Assembly (NCBI GenBank): GCA_964500505.1
Contig: CAZCNN010000003.1
Coordinates: 176 to 64,175, forward strand
Direction of reading: 5' to 3'
Length of the DNA: 64,000 nucleotides
From: an uncultured Bdellovibrionales bacterium
GTDB taxonomy: Bacteria > Patescibacteriota > Minisyncoccia > Moranbacterales > UBA1568
This document shows positions 49,193 to 60,800 of this stretch, one piece after another. Under the pieces are notes generated by a model. It was not told where the DNA came from and did no database searches. It saw only the letters and a program-made list of their open reading frames with translations. Made by a program: the position numbers and the translations under genes. Position 1 is the first letter of the stretch. Every line of letters starts with the position of its first letter.

Positions 49193-49687
49193 ATGGAACA
49201 ATTGATTATTTTTGGTGCCGAATATCTCTACCTGGCAGTAGTCATCTTGGCTCTTTTCTATCTCCTTATCGTGCCGAAGAAGCAGTCGTCGGAGGTGATT
49301 GTGGCGGCACTCATCGCACTCCCACTCACGTATCTTGTCGCCAAGGGATTGAGCGCGCTCTACTATGATCCGCGACCGTTTGTGGTCGGGCAGTTTGTAC
49401 CACTTATCCCACACGCACCAGACAATGGCTTCCCATCAGATCACACCCTCTTTGTCTCAGCGATCGCAGCGGTAATTTTTGCTTTTGAGCGGCGGCTCGG
49501 CACAGCACTCTTTGTCATTGCCTTCTTGGTGGGGTGGTCTCGGGTCGGGGCTGGCGTCCATCACCTGACGGATATCTTGGGGAGTATGGTCATTGCGAGC
49601 GTGGTGACGTACATTGTCGTCCGTCTGGTACTTTCTCGAGTGTGGCGTCATATGCCACGCGCTCTCAATCATTTTCTCACGCACTAA
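49193..49687 (+). CDS. PAP2 family phosphatase (undecaprenyl-PP phosphatase-like)
   Basis: K......RP, FPSDH and SRV..GVH...D motifs. Confidence 0.9.
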   Translation: MEQLIIFGAEYLYLAVVILALFYLLIVPKKQSSEVIVAALIALPLTYLVAKGLSALYYDPRPFVVGQFVPLIPHAPDNGFPSDHTLFVSAIAAVIFAFERRLGTALFVIAFLVGWSRVGAGVHHLTDILGSMVIASVVTYIVVRLVLSRVWRHMPRALNHFLTH

Positions 49688-49688
49688 C

Positions 49689-50522
49689 ATGGCGCTGCTC
49701 TCAGGAAAATTGATAGCCGAGCGCATTCTTGCTGATACCAAGGAGCGGATAGCTTCATCTCATGTGACTCCGGGTCTGGCGGTCATCCTCGTTGGTGACT
49801 ATATCGAATCACAGAAGTACGTGGCGCTCAAGGAAGAACGGGCCAAAGAAGTAGGAATCCTCTTTGAAAAGCAGGTATTCCCCACGACGGTAAGTCACGG
49901 TGAACTCATTTCGGCCATCTCAGCCTTCAATGATCGACCGGATATCCATGGTATCATCGTCCAGCTCCCGCTCCCCGCTGGGATGCCGACGGATGAAATT
50001 ATCGCTCAGATTGATCCAAAGAAGGACACGGATGGTTTTCATGAGGAAACACTCAAGCGCTTTCTCGGGGGTGATGCCACGGCCTGCCCAGTTTTCCCGC
50101 GAGCGATCGTCGAGCTCATCCGTGAGACAGAGATCGCTTTTCATGGCGAAAAGGCGATTGCGGTTGTGAACTCCAATATCATCGGGCGAGTGCTCGCTTT
50201 TGCACTGTCACTTGAAGGTCTCAAGAGTAAGTACATTCTCCGCGCTGAGGGGAAAGAGGCTATTACTCATGAAATCAAGGAGGCACGAGTGGTGGTGACG
50301 GCCTGTGGTATCCCGGATCTCATCACGGCCGAGATGCTCAGTCCTGACGCTATCGTCATAGATGGAGGCAATGTCCATGTTGATGGCAAGGTGCAGGGCG
50401 ATGTGGCGCGAGCGACAGTAGAACCGAAGATAGCGTATCTCTCACCGGTCCCTGGTGGAGTCGGTCCAGTCACTGTCGCGACCCTCCTCGCTCGTGTCAC
50501 CGATGCCGCGTTGACAAAGTGA
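49689..50522 (+). CDS. folD: Methylenetetrahydrofolate dehydrogenase/cyclohydrolase
   Basis: PGLAVILVG, GIIVQLPLP, KD.DG, PVPGGVGPVT. Confidence 0.93.
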   Translation: MALLSGKLIAERILADTKERIASSHVTPGLAVILVGDYIESQKYVALKEERAKEVGILFEKQVFPTTVSHGELISAISAFNDRPDIHGIIVQLPLPAGMPTDEIIAQIDPKKDTDGFHEETLKRFLGGDATACPVFPRAIVELIRETEIAFHGEKAIAVVNSNIIGRVLAFALSLEGLKSKYILRAEGKEAITHEIKEARVVVTACGIPDLITAEMLSPDAIVIDGGNVHVDGKVQGDVARATVEPKIAYLSPVPGGVGPVTVATLLARVTDAALTK

Positions 50523-50569
50523 GGGTGATTCCCTATGCTTCTTTTGTGTTCTTTTGGGATGAGAAATAG

Positions 50570-50652
50570 GCCGAGGTGGTGGAATGGTAGACACACGGGA
50601 CTCAAAATCCCGCGATAGCAATATCATGAGGGTTCAAGTCCCTCCCTCGGCA
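50570..50652 (+). tRNA. tRNA-Leu (CAA)
   Basis: GCCGAGG acceptor, D-loop TGGTAGAC, anticodon loop CTCAAAA, long variable arm, GGTTCAAGTCC; CCA not encoded. Confidence 0.95.
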
Positions 50653-50742
50653 CTGGGAATTAACGGAAAACAGGCATTTCGAAGCCTGTTTTTTGTATGA
50701 AAAATTGATAATCAGGGGTCAATGGACTATAATAGAAGCAAT

Positions 50743-50818
50743 GGAATTGGGAATATCGAATGGAGAATTTCGAATGAAAAATTCTACCCTATATTCAACA
50801 TTCTATATTCAACATTCT
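50743..50818. repeat. Inverted heptamer array pair upstream of parA
   Basis: ggaattg ggaatat cgaatgg agaattt cgaatga ... atattca acattct atattca acattct. Confidence 0.85.
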
Positions 50819-50827
50819 TGCAAACAA

Positions 50828-51619
50828 ATGGCCAAGGTGATCGGATTCGTCAATCAGAAAGGTGGCGTGGGTAAAACCACGTCGACTATTAACGTCGCCA
50901 CGTATCTTGCCGAAGCTGGAAAAAAAGTACTCCTGGTGGACCTCGACCCGCAGGGCAATGCTTCATCGGGCCTCGGGATTGATGCGAGGCGACTTGAGAA
51001 GAATCTCTACCACGCCATGATCCTCGGCCTCCCGACGCAAGAGCTCATCCTCCGGACCGAGACGGAAAGACTTCATATCGTACCGGCTGCTCAGGATTTG
51101 GCCGGGGCTGAGATTGAGATGGTGCATATCGAGAATCGTGAATTTCGTCTGCATAATGCTCTTCGCCAGGTTCGTCCCTACTACGACTATATCCTGATCG
51201 ATAGTCCACCGTCACTTGGTCTCCTCACTGTGAATGGGCTCGTCGCATCGGACGAAGTCATTATCCCTGTCCAGACCGAATACTATGCGCTTGAGGGACT
51301 TTCTCAGCTCCTGGGGACCATCGAGCTCGTCAGGGAGCATCTCCAGCCCAATCTGAAAATTGGCGGGGCGCTCCTCACGCTTTTTGATCGGCGCAACCGT
51401 TTGGCGCGCCAGGTGGTGTCCGAAGTCCGCTCGCATTTTCCCGGACCCGTATTTGAAAACGTGGTGCCACGCTCCGTCCGACTCGCTGAGGCGCCGTCGT
51501 TTGGTAAGTCCATCCTCGATTTTGATGCCTTTTCGAAAGGTGCTCGGGCCTACAAGGGGGTAGTGAAGGAGATCCTCGCTCGTGAGGAAGAGGAGAAGAA
51601 AAAACCGAAAGTTTTGTAA
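50828..51619 (+). CDS. parA: Chromosome partitioning ATPase Soj/ParA
   Basis: NQKGGVGKTT, DLDPQGN, IDSPPSLG, EAPSFG. Confidence 0.97.
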   Translation: MAKVIGFVNQKGGVGKTTSTINVATYLAEAGKKVLLVDLDPQGNASSGLGIDARRLEKNLYHAMILGLPTQELILRTETERLHIVPAAQDLAGAEIEMVHIENREFRLHNALRQVRPYYDYILIDSPPSLGLLTVNGLVASDEVIIPVQTEYYALEGLSQLLGTIELVREHLQPNLKIGGALLTLFDRRNRLARQVVSEVRSHFPGPVFENVVPRSVRLAEAPSFGKSILDFDAFSKGARAYKGVVKEILAREEEEKKKPKVL

Positions 51620-51630
51620 TTTTTATACTT

Positions 51631-52584
51631 ATGGCATCACAACAGTACGGGCTCGGTCGGGGATTGGCATCGCTCATTCCACCCAAAAAAACAGGGACGA
51701 CTCCAAATGGAGCAGGAACTTCACCGTTTGTCATCAATCCCATTTCGCAGGGAGGTCAAACTCACGAGGCTCCTGTAGCGACTGAAGCGCCGATACCGAC
51801 CAGTACGACTCCCTCGGGACTCACTGAGATCCCGGTCGGGAGCATTGTGCCCAATCCGCACCAGCCCCGCCTTCATTTTGATGAAGTGAAACTCCAGGAA
51901 TTGGCTGATTCGATCAAAGAGCATGGCATCCTCCAGCCGATTGTAGTGAGTAAAAACGGTGAGCAGTATGAGATTATCGCTGGTGAGCGGCGGTTTCAGG
52001 CGGCCAAGCGGATTGGCCTCGCCACTGTACCTGTAGTCATCCGTGATGTCACGGAGCAACAAAAACTCGAGCTCGCCATCATCGAAAACGTTCAGCGTCA
52101 CAACTTGAATCCTATCGAAGAAGCCAAAGCGTACCTCCGTCTCGTCGATGAATTTAGCCTGTCTCAGGAGGGCGTGGCCGAGAAAATGGGCAAGAGTCGC
52201 AGTGTGGTAGCGAATACTCTCCGTCTCCTCCAGCTCCCGATCGAGATCCAGCGGGCCGTCGCTGAGGGCAAGATCAGTGAAGGACATGCCAAAGCGCTCC
52301 TCGCTATCGAAAATCCCGAGAAGCAACGCGCGGTTTTTGATCTCATTATCAAAGAGGAGCTCACCGTCCGGGAAACGGAGCAGAAAGTACGCAGTATCAG
52401 TGTCAAACCCTATGTACGAAGTGCAGTCTCACTCAATCCTGAGATTCTCGAGCGGACAGAGCATCTGACCCAGGTGCTCGGGACGAAAGTCAAAATCGCT
52501 CCCTCAGGTAAGGGCGGCAAGGTTATCATCGAGTACTATGCGCCAGAGGATCTCGATGGACTTCTTCGGAGGCTAGAAGATTAA
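51631..52584 (+). CDS. parB: ParB/Spo0J partition protein
   Basis: GLGRGL, NPHQPR, IAGERR, IENVQR, HTH. Confidence 0.97.
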   Translation: MASQQYGLGRGLASLIPPKKTGTTPNGAGTSPFVINPISQGGQTHEAPVATEAPIPTSTTPSGLTEIPVGSIVPNPHQPRLHFDEVKLQELADSIKEHGILQPIVVSKNGEQYEIIAGERRFQAAKRIGLATVPVVIRDVTEQQKLELAIIENVQRHNLNPIEEAKAYLRLVDEFSLSQEGVAEKMGKSRSVVANTLRLLQLPIEIQRAVAEGKISEGHAKALLAIENPEKQRAVFDLIIKEELTVRETEQKVRSISVKPYVRSAVSLNPEILERTEHLTQVLGTKVKIAPSGKGGKVIIEYYAPEDLDGLLRRLED

Positions 52585-52611
52585 TATTTATGACAGATAC
52601 TTTCTCTTTTT

Positions 52612-52647
52612 TATCAAAAAATCACTGAGACGAGTGATTTTTTGATA
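52612..52647. terminator. Bidirectional terminator
   Basis: 15-bp inverted repeat between convergent parB and the guanylyltransferase gene. Confidence 0.8.
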
Positions 52648-52655
52648 CACAGTGT

Positions 52656-53768
52656 TTAGAGGTAGGATTCTTCTTTGTTTTCTTTCAATTGCTCAATCAA
52701 TTTCTTGATGTCGCCAGAGACTTGGTCACGTCGGGCGACAAGGAGAGCATCATCGGTATCGATGATGACAAGGTCTTCGACTCCGATCGTCGCTATGAGG
52801 CGATGTTCACTCTGAATGAGCAAATTTTTGCTTCCGAGGTCGATGTGTTTGCCGTGGATGACCGAATGAGTACCAGATTTCTCTGCGAGAAATTCGTAGA
52901 GGGTGCCCCAGCTCCCGACATCACTCCATTTGAGGGGAGAGGGGATGACCAGTCGGTGCTCACGATCAAGTTTCTCGACGATCAGGGGTTCGATTGGCTG
53001 ACTTTCTGCTTGGGCATAGATGGTGGTGAGAGTGGCCTCATCGAGGGTACCGAGAGCGATAGACTCGGTGATTTCGGCCATCACGGCGTGAAGTGTTGGC
53101 GCATACGTCGCAGTCCAGGTAGCAAAGGTGGCAGCGGAAAAGATGAAGTAACCAGCGTTCCAGAGGTAGTCCCAGGAGGCAAGGTATTGTTCGGCGGTTG
53201 TTCGATCAGGTTTTTCTTTGAACGCATCGACCTCAAAAATTCGCTTCTCTGCGATAGTTCCGAACTCCTGACCCATCTTGATATACCCGAGGCCCGTATC
53301 GGGCTTGGTGGGGTTAATTCCTATCGTTACGAGCTTGTCAGGATGAGCATCTATGGTCGCTAAAGCCGCGGAAATAGTAGCTCGAAATTCGTCGGGATTG
53401 TCGATGGCGTGGTCGGAGGCGATGGTAGCAATCACGGCCTCCGGATCGAGGATGCGGAGGGTGGTCGCAACGAGCGCAATAGCAGGGGCAGTATTCCGGG
53501 CTTCGGGCTCCACAATGATACATTCTTCCTTTATTTCAGGGATCTTTTCGAGTACCAAGGAGCGATAACTCTCGGTCGTGGAGACAAAAATATGCCCCTC
53601 TGGGACAAGGGATTTGACCCGGTCATAGGTCTCCTCAATCATAGTTTTTTCGGAGACAAACGACTGAAATTGTTTGGGTCGCGACTTGCGTGACAGGGGC
53701 CAGAGACGGGTGCCGGAACCGCCGGCCATGATGACGATGTAGTGGTGGTCTGAACGAGCTTCGTTCAT
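52656..53768 (-). CDS. Mannose-1-phosphate guanylyltransferase
   Basis: MAGGSGTRLWPLSR..PKQF, EP.ARNTAPA, GYI, F.EKP, WSDVGSW. Confidence 0.95.
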   Translation of the reverse strand: MNEARSDHHYIVIMAGGSGTRLWPLSRKSRPKQFQSFVSEKTMIEETYDRVKSLVPEGHIFVSTTESYRSLVLEKIPEIKEECIIVEPEARNTAPAIALVATTLRILDPEAVIATIASDHAIDNPDEFRATISAALATIDAHPDKLVTIGINPTKPDTGLGYIKMGQEFGTIAEKRIFEVDAFKEKPDRTTAEQYLASWDYLWNAGYFIFSAATFATWTATYAPTLHAVMAEITESIALGTLDEATLTTIYAQAESQPIEPLIVEKLDREHRLVIPSPLKWSDVGSWGTLYEFLAEKSGTHSVIHGKHIDLGSKNLLIQSEHRLIATIGVEDLVIIDTDDALLVARRDQVSGDIKKLIEQLKENKEESYL

Positions 53769-53897
53769 AGAATTCTTGAGTCAAAGTTAAATTTTAGTAT
53801 AGCAAAAGAAAATCATTTCGACAATTTTTTTATCTCCGTTAGAACATATACTCTAGCGGAGTAAGTAACTTTTTTGCGAGGGTTTTGACGCGGTGGA

Positions 53898-53964
53898 CCC
53901 CGTTAGAGAACGCTGTGCCTTCGGCACGACTTCAGTCGCTGGGAGCGACTTTTCTCTAACAGGG
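53898..53964. mobile_element. 67-bp CCCCGTTAGA...TCTAACAGGG MITE-like element
   Basis: TGGA direct repeats on both sides; sister of 43577-43643; a degenerate relative lies at 53834-53861. Confidence 0.85.
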
Positions 53965-54078
53965 TGGATAACTCGGATTGCTGAGTTTCTTTATAGAGTA
54001 TTTCGTGGTAAAATAAAACTGTGCTGAAAGAGAAACAAAAGACCTCTTTTGAGGCCCTATCAAGACTCAAATTGCTTT

Positions 54079-54792
54079 ATGGCAGGAGGGGAAAATTTTG
54101 AAATATTCGCCCCCGAAACGGAGAAGGGCTGGCTCCAAAAAATCGGGCGGAAAAATATCATCATCCTTGTCGTAATCTTACTCCTCTTGGGGGGAGGGGG
54201 GTATGCTTTTTTTTCTTGGAACCAGAACCGTGGGAGCGTCGTGGAAACTCCCCAGGTAGCGACACCAACGACCAAAACCAGCCTGCTCCAGGGGAGCACA
54301 CCGGAACAGACGACGAGTCCTGAGGTCGCTCTCTTTGGTGACGCCAATTTCCAGAGTGAAAACTTCCGGGTCGGTGATATCTCCATCGGAGGTGAAGCCG
54401 AGTTCCTCCTCTCCGAAGACAATCCGGATCCGCTCGAAGTGAGTTCGATCAGAGGTGAGGCCTTTACGGAAAAAAACAAGCAGGAGGTCAAGCTCGTGGT
54501 GAGTTGGCGGACCAATAAACTGGCCAAGTCGACCATTTTGTATTCGAAGGGTGTGGGTCAGGCCAAAAAGAGTGTTTCGGAAGAGGATTACAGCCTGAAT
54601 CACAGCATTATCATCCCGGGTCTCGATCAGGCTTCGACCTATGTCTACGAGATCGTTTCCGAAGACCGCTACGGGAGCCAGGTGACGAGTGAATCGCATG
54701 CGGTGTACACGGGCTCGAGATCAGTGTCACTCTTTGATTTGATTGCCAATGCCGTAGGTGAAGTTTTTGGCTGGGCTGTAACGAAAAAATAG
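54079..54792 (+). CDS. Membrane-anchored fibronectin type III-like protein
   Basis: Single TM; W.TN......Y...H...I.GL...TY.Y.I.S.D FN3-like pattern. Confidence 0.7.
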   Translation: MAGGENFEIFAPETEKGWLQKIGRKNIIILVVILLLLGGGGYAFFSWNQNRGSVVETPQVATPTTKTSLLQGSTPEQTTSPEVALFGDANFQSENFRVGDISIGGEAEFLLSEDNPDPLEVSSIRGEAFTEKNKQEVKLVVSWRTNKLAKSTILYSKGVGQAKKSVSEEDYSLNHSIIIPGLDQASTYVYEIVSEDRYGSQVTSESHAVYTGSRSVSLFDLIANAVGEVFGWAVTKK

Positions 54793-54848
54793 CTTGGGAA
54801 ATACGCAAGATTATGATAAAATATAAGAGATATTCGGTGTAAAAAGTC

Positions 54849-57800
54849 ATGCCGTTATATGTAAAAAACAAAAAACGAAAAACAGCATATAGCTCTTTGG
54901 CCACCGCACTGGTGGTAGGGGCGCTCGTACTAGGGTGGTTAGATCTACGACCCAGTTTTGCGCAGTCCACGGTCAACCAAATCGAGCAAATTAGCCTCTC
55001 CGCATCGCTTTTTGGCAAGGATAATCGCATTATCAAGAACGGTACCTACCAGGTGCGTTTTGTTATCTACGCGACTGATCGCGCTACCGCGGATCCTTAC
55101 CCATCGAACACCGACACTCGCATTTGGGAGGAAACACAGGAAGTGACGGTGAAGGGCGGTATGTTCCGCACCTTTCTCGGGTCCGTGACGCCACTGCCGG
55201 CGAGTCTCAACTTTGAAACGGGGAGCTACTACGTCGGTATCCGTATCGGGACGGATTCGGAAATGGTTCCTCGGAAAAAATTGGGATCAGTGCCGCGAGC
55301 TATCAATTCGCAATTTTTGCAGGGACGGAGTATCGGGACCAAACTAGGAGATATACCGCTACTCGGTAAGGGTGGCAAAGTAGATATCAAAAACCTACCG
55401 ACTGGAACAGGTCCGAAGCAGTTGGTCCTGGGCAATGACTCGCGGCTTGGTGATGCTCACCAACAAAACACGGACATTGGGACTGATTCAGAAGTGTTCA
55501 ACATCGGCTCGGGAACAGCGCTCTCTGGGACCAACTTTGATCTCACGGTATCAAGCGCTGCGACTGCTCCGGCCCTTCGCTTCAATGGCACGACTCAGGC
55601 CTGGCAGTTGTCAAACGACGGGACGACGTTTACCGACATTGGCTCTGGCAGTAGTGGACCGATTACTCTCGGGACGGATACGGATGGGAACTATGTGGCG
55701 AGTGTCGCTGATGGCGACGGCATCTCCGGTGGTTCAGCTGGGAGTGAGGGGGCAGCGCTGACCCTTGGTATCGACCTCCTCGATTCTGCCGATGGCACCG
55801 GAGCCACTTCAAGTAACTCGGGCTTCGAGTTTGGTGGTGCCGGCTCGGATGAACTCGCTCTTCTCCAAGGGTGTTCCAATGGTCAGGGTATCGCTTGGAA
55901 TGACACGACCAATGTGTGGGAGTGCACCAGTTTTTCAGCTGGCTTGGCAGGGAGTGGGAGTACCGGTTATGCCACCTACTGGAGTGGCACGAGCGCTCTC
56001 GGGTCCGAAGCCTATCTCCATCCGGTCCGTGGCGGTACCGGACTCGATGCCTCTTCGGCCAGTAATGGTTCGCTACTCATCGGCAACGGGAGTGGCTTTA
56101 GCTTGAACACTTTGGCTGGTGGGACAGGTGTCTCGGTCACCAATGGTTCTGGTGTTATCACTCTCGGTATCGATGCGACCACGAGCGGGACGACGGCGGT
56201 CACCTCGTCAAACTCTGGTATCGAAGCAACCGCGAGTGGCATCCGGCTCCTCGGTGGGTGTAGCAATGATCAGGTACTCGCATGGAATTCGGGATCGAGT
56301 GTTTGGGTCTGTTCTAACAAGAGTGGCGGGACGAGTGACTGGACTAGTACTGGATCGCTCACTTACCTCACCGATGTCAATGATGATCTCGTCATCGGTG
56401 GTACAGCGGTGGACGAGGGATTTGTCTTTGATGTTTCGGCTGGGACACTGTCGTTTGAGGGTAGTTCAGCCAATGGTTTTGAGACGGCTATCGGTGTCAT
56501 CAACCCGACCGCGGACAATGCTATCAATTTCCCAGATGTTTCTGGGACGGTGGTGACGACCGGCAACCTCACTGACATCACGGCCGTCGGGACGATTGCG
56601 TCAGGTACGTGGAACGGCTCGGTAATCGGGACGACCTATGGTGGGACTGGTGCGAGCTCGCTTAATAACTTGATTGCGCTCGGGACACACACCACTGGGA
56701 ACTATGTCGCCTCTGTCGGAAACGGGAACGGTATCACTGGTGGGGCCACTGGTTCTGAAGGAGGAACACTGACTCTTGGTATCGACCTCCTCGACAGTGC
56801 CGATGGCACAGGGAGTACCTCAAATAACTCTGGTCTTGAATTTCAGGGGGCTGGCTCAAATGAACTCGCTCTGCTTCAGGGTTGTGCCAACAACGAAGTC
56901 CTCTCATGGAATGATGGCTCTAGCGTATGGCAGTGTGCGTCGGTGACGGGTGTTGGTGGTATCGACGGGACTGGCTCAGCCAATGCGGTCGCGTATTGGA
57001 CCGACTCGAATACCCTTACGTATGAAGCAGAGCTCTCCGTCTCCCGTGGTGGTACCGGTATCGGCTCCTACACCATCGGTGATCTCCTCTATGCCTCAGG
57101 GAGTGGTACTCTCTCAGCACTCGCTGATGTGGCAACAGGTAACGTCCTCATCTCAGGAGGCGTCGGTATCGCTCCATCATGGGGTAAGGTCAACCTCACT
57201 ACCGCAGTCTCAGGAACGCTCCCAGTCGGAAACGGTGGTACGGGAGCCACTTCGCTCAATGATCTCATTACCCTCACGACTCACACCACCGGTAACTACG
57301 TCCAGTCCATCACCAATGGTTCTGGTATCTCAGGAGGCGATGGTGGCAGTGAAGGAGCAGCTCTCACTCTCGCCCTTGGCGCACTCTCCGCTGACTGGAA
57401 CCAAACCGGTGCGTTTGATATCTCTCTTAACAATGCCTCCTCAGAACTCAAGATTCTCGAATCAGCCGGAGCCACCTTCTTCGGTATCTTTGATGTGGCA
57501 GACCTCTCCAGTGCTGATAAGACGTATACGTTTCCGAATGCCTCTGGTACCGTTATCACTACTGGTAACCTCACTGATATCACGACGGTAGGAACAGTCG
57601 TCTCTGGTACTTGGAATGGTACGGCTATCGGAGCTCAGTATGGTGGGACGGGGATCAATACTTCTGCTTCAACAGGGGTGCCAGTTATCTCCTCTGGTAC
57701 ATGGAGCGTCGCTTCGCAACTAGGTGTTGCTCAAGGTGGGACCGGAGCAGCAACACTCACCAGTAACGGTGTCCTCTATGGCAATGGTACGAGTGCCATC

Positions 57801-60800
57801 CAAGCGACGACCGCCGGGACTGATGCTCAACTCCTCGTCGCCAATGGTAGTGGTGTCCCTGTCTTTGTCTCAATGAGTGGCGATATCACTATTACCAACG
57901 CAGGTGTGACGACGATTGGTGCCAATACGGTGGCTCTCACGACGGATACGACGGGGAACTATGTGGCTTCGGTCGGCAATGGTAATGGTATTACCGGTGG
58001 CGCTGCTGGGTCAGAGGGCGCAACTCTTACCCTAGGTCTTGATCTCCTCGACAGTGCTGACGGCACAGGCGGTACTTCTTCAAATTCAGGTCTCGAGTTC
58101 CAGGGGGCTGGCTCAAATGAACTCGCTCTGCTTCAGGGTTGTGCTAACAATGATGTGCTCGCGTGGGTAGATGCCTCCAATACCTGGGCCTGTACCAGCG
58201 TCGGGGGTGTGGGAGCTGGTGACATCACCGCTATCGGTGATGTGACGAGCGGCGCTGCTTTCGATGGGACGCAGGGGACGCAACTTATATTCAATGATGT
58301 TGATGGCGACGGCACACTCACGATAGCGAACCTCTCAGCTATCCGCACGTGGACCCTCCCTGACACAACAGGGACGCTGATTACCACGGGGGACACTGGC
58401 ACGGTGACGGGGACAATGATTGCTGATAACACTATTGAAGAAGTTGATTTTGAAGCCACGAATAGTCCAACCAATGGCTATATATTGTCATATGACAATA
58501 CCACGGGAGGCTTTACCTGGATTTCCAATACAGGCGGATCTGGGTCGTCCAAGTTTACTGACTCGGGGACAATTACCTATCTCACTGACACGACTGACGA
58601 CCTCGCTATTGGTGGCTCCACCTCGAATGCCTCCAAGTTCTTCTTTGATGTGAACACGGGTAACCAGATTATCTTTGAGGGCACTGGGGCTGATGATGCC
58701 AATGAGACAACGCTGGTGATTACCAACCCGACGACTGATAAAACGATTACTTTTGCAGATGCTTCTGGAACCGTTATCCTCTCTGGCCATACCTTTTCGA
58801 GTGATGTGACGGGGACACTTGGGTCCGGTGGGTCCACAGCTCTGACCATAGCATCTGATAGTGTAGCGCTTGGGACCGATACTACCGGGAACTATGTCTC
58901 CTCCGCTACCTCAAACGGTGGCCTCACCCTCACTGGCACCGAAGGAGCCTCTCTCGGTATCCTCCTCCCATCCGCTACTAATGGTCTCTCTGCCACGACC
59001 TCCTCTGGCTCAGGTCTTGAACTGACCTCAAGTGGCCTCTCACTCCTCCAGGGTTGTGCTGACAATGAAGTCCTCTCATGGGATGAAGCGGCTGACGTCT
59101 GGAAGTGTAACAGTGTGGGTGGTGTCGGTGCCGGTGATATCACCGCGGTAGGTAACGTCACGAGTGGTGCCGCCTTTGATGGTACCGCTGGTACTGAGCT
59201 GTACTTTAATGATGTGGATGGTGATGGTCTCCTCACGATTGCTAATCTCTCAGCCGCTCGGACGTATACATTGCCTGACGCTTCTGGTACCGTCGCGACG
59301 ATTAACGGCGGCCAGACGTTTACCAGTGCTACATGGAATGCGACGACTATCGCGGTCGCGTATGGTGGTACCGGTGCTACCACTCTCACCAGTAACGGTG
59401 TCCTCTATGGCAATGGTACGAGTGCCATCCAAGCGACGACCGCCGGGACTGATGCTCAACTCCTCGTCGCCAATGGTAGTGGTGTCCCTGTCTTTGTCTC
59501 AATGAGTGGCGATATCACTATTACCAACGCAGGTGTGACGACGATTGGTGCCAATACGGTGGCTCTCACGACGGATACGACGGGGAACTATGTGGCGAGT
59601 ATCACTGCAGGGAGTGGTGTCTCCGGGACAGTGGCAAGTGAAGGTGCTACGCCGACACTCGATGTGGATCTCCTCGACTCGGCTGATGGAACCGGTGGTA
59701 CCTCGAGTAACTCTGGTCTTGAATTTCAGGGGTCAGGAAGTGATGAACTGACTTTGCTTCAGGGATGTTCAAACAATCAGCTTCTTCTCTGGAATGACAG
59801 TACCAATGTCTGGTACTGTGGTTCTGTTTCTGGTGCGGGCGGTATCGATGGTGCTGGGGCGACTGGTCAGGTGGCCTACTTTACCGATGCCGATACTCTT
59901 TCATCCGAAGCAGAGCTCTCCGTCTCCCGTGGTGGTACCGGTATCGGCTCCTACACCATCGGTGATCTCCTCTATGCCTCAGGGAGTGGTACTCTCTCAG
60001 CACTCGCTGATGTGGCAACAGGTAACGTCCTCATCTCAGGAGGCGTCGGTATCGCTCCATCATGGGGTAAGGTCAACCTCACTACCGCAGTCTCAGGAAC
60101 GCTCCCAGTCGGAAACGGTGGTACGGGAGCCACTTCGCTCAATGATCTCATTACCCTCACGACTCACACCACCGGTAACTACGTCCAGTCCATCACCAAT
60201 GGTTCTGGTATCTCAGGAGGCAATGGTGGCAGTGAAGGAGCTGCTCTCATTCTCGCGCTTGGCGCACTCTCCGCTGACTGGAACCAAACCGGTGCGTTTG
60301 ATATCTCTCTTAACAATGCCTCCTCAGAACTCAAGATTCTCGAATCAGCCGGAGCCACCTTCTTCGGTATCTTTGATGTGGCAGACCTCTCCAGTGCTGA
60401 CAAGACGTATACGTTTCCGAATGTTTCGGGCACAGTAGCTACGATTGATGGTGGTCAGACCTTTACTAGTGCTACGTGGAATGCCTCCACGCTCACGGTC
60501 GCCTATGGCGGTACGGGTGCCACCACTCTCACCCCGAATGGTGTCCTCTACGGTAATGGCACGGGTGCGGTGCAGGCGACGAGCGCTGGTACCAATGGCC
60601 AGCTTCTCCTCGGTGTCTCGTCGAGCGCCCCAGTGTTCGCGACGATGTCCGGTGACGCTACCATCAATAATTCTGGAACAGTGACGATTGCCAGTAACGC
60701 TGTTGCCCTGACTACCGATACGACCGGGAACTATGTCTCTTCCGCTACGAGTAACGGCGGTCTCACCCTCACTGGTACCGAAGGTGCCTCTCTCGGCATC

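Noticed and set aside
53960-53972. DnaA box or oriC near parAB
   Set aside because: Only one imperfect box (GGTGGATAA); no cluster, no dnaA and no canonical parS seen.
57024-60423. DGR template/variable repeat pair (given the Avd-like genes)
   Set aside because: Both copies are in frame in one ORF, mismatches are not adenine-specific and no reverse transcriptase is in the window.
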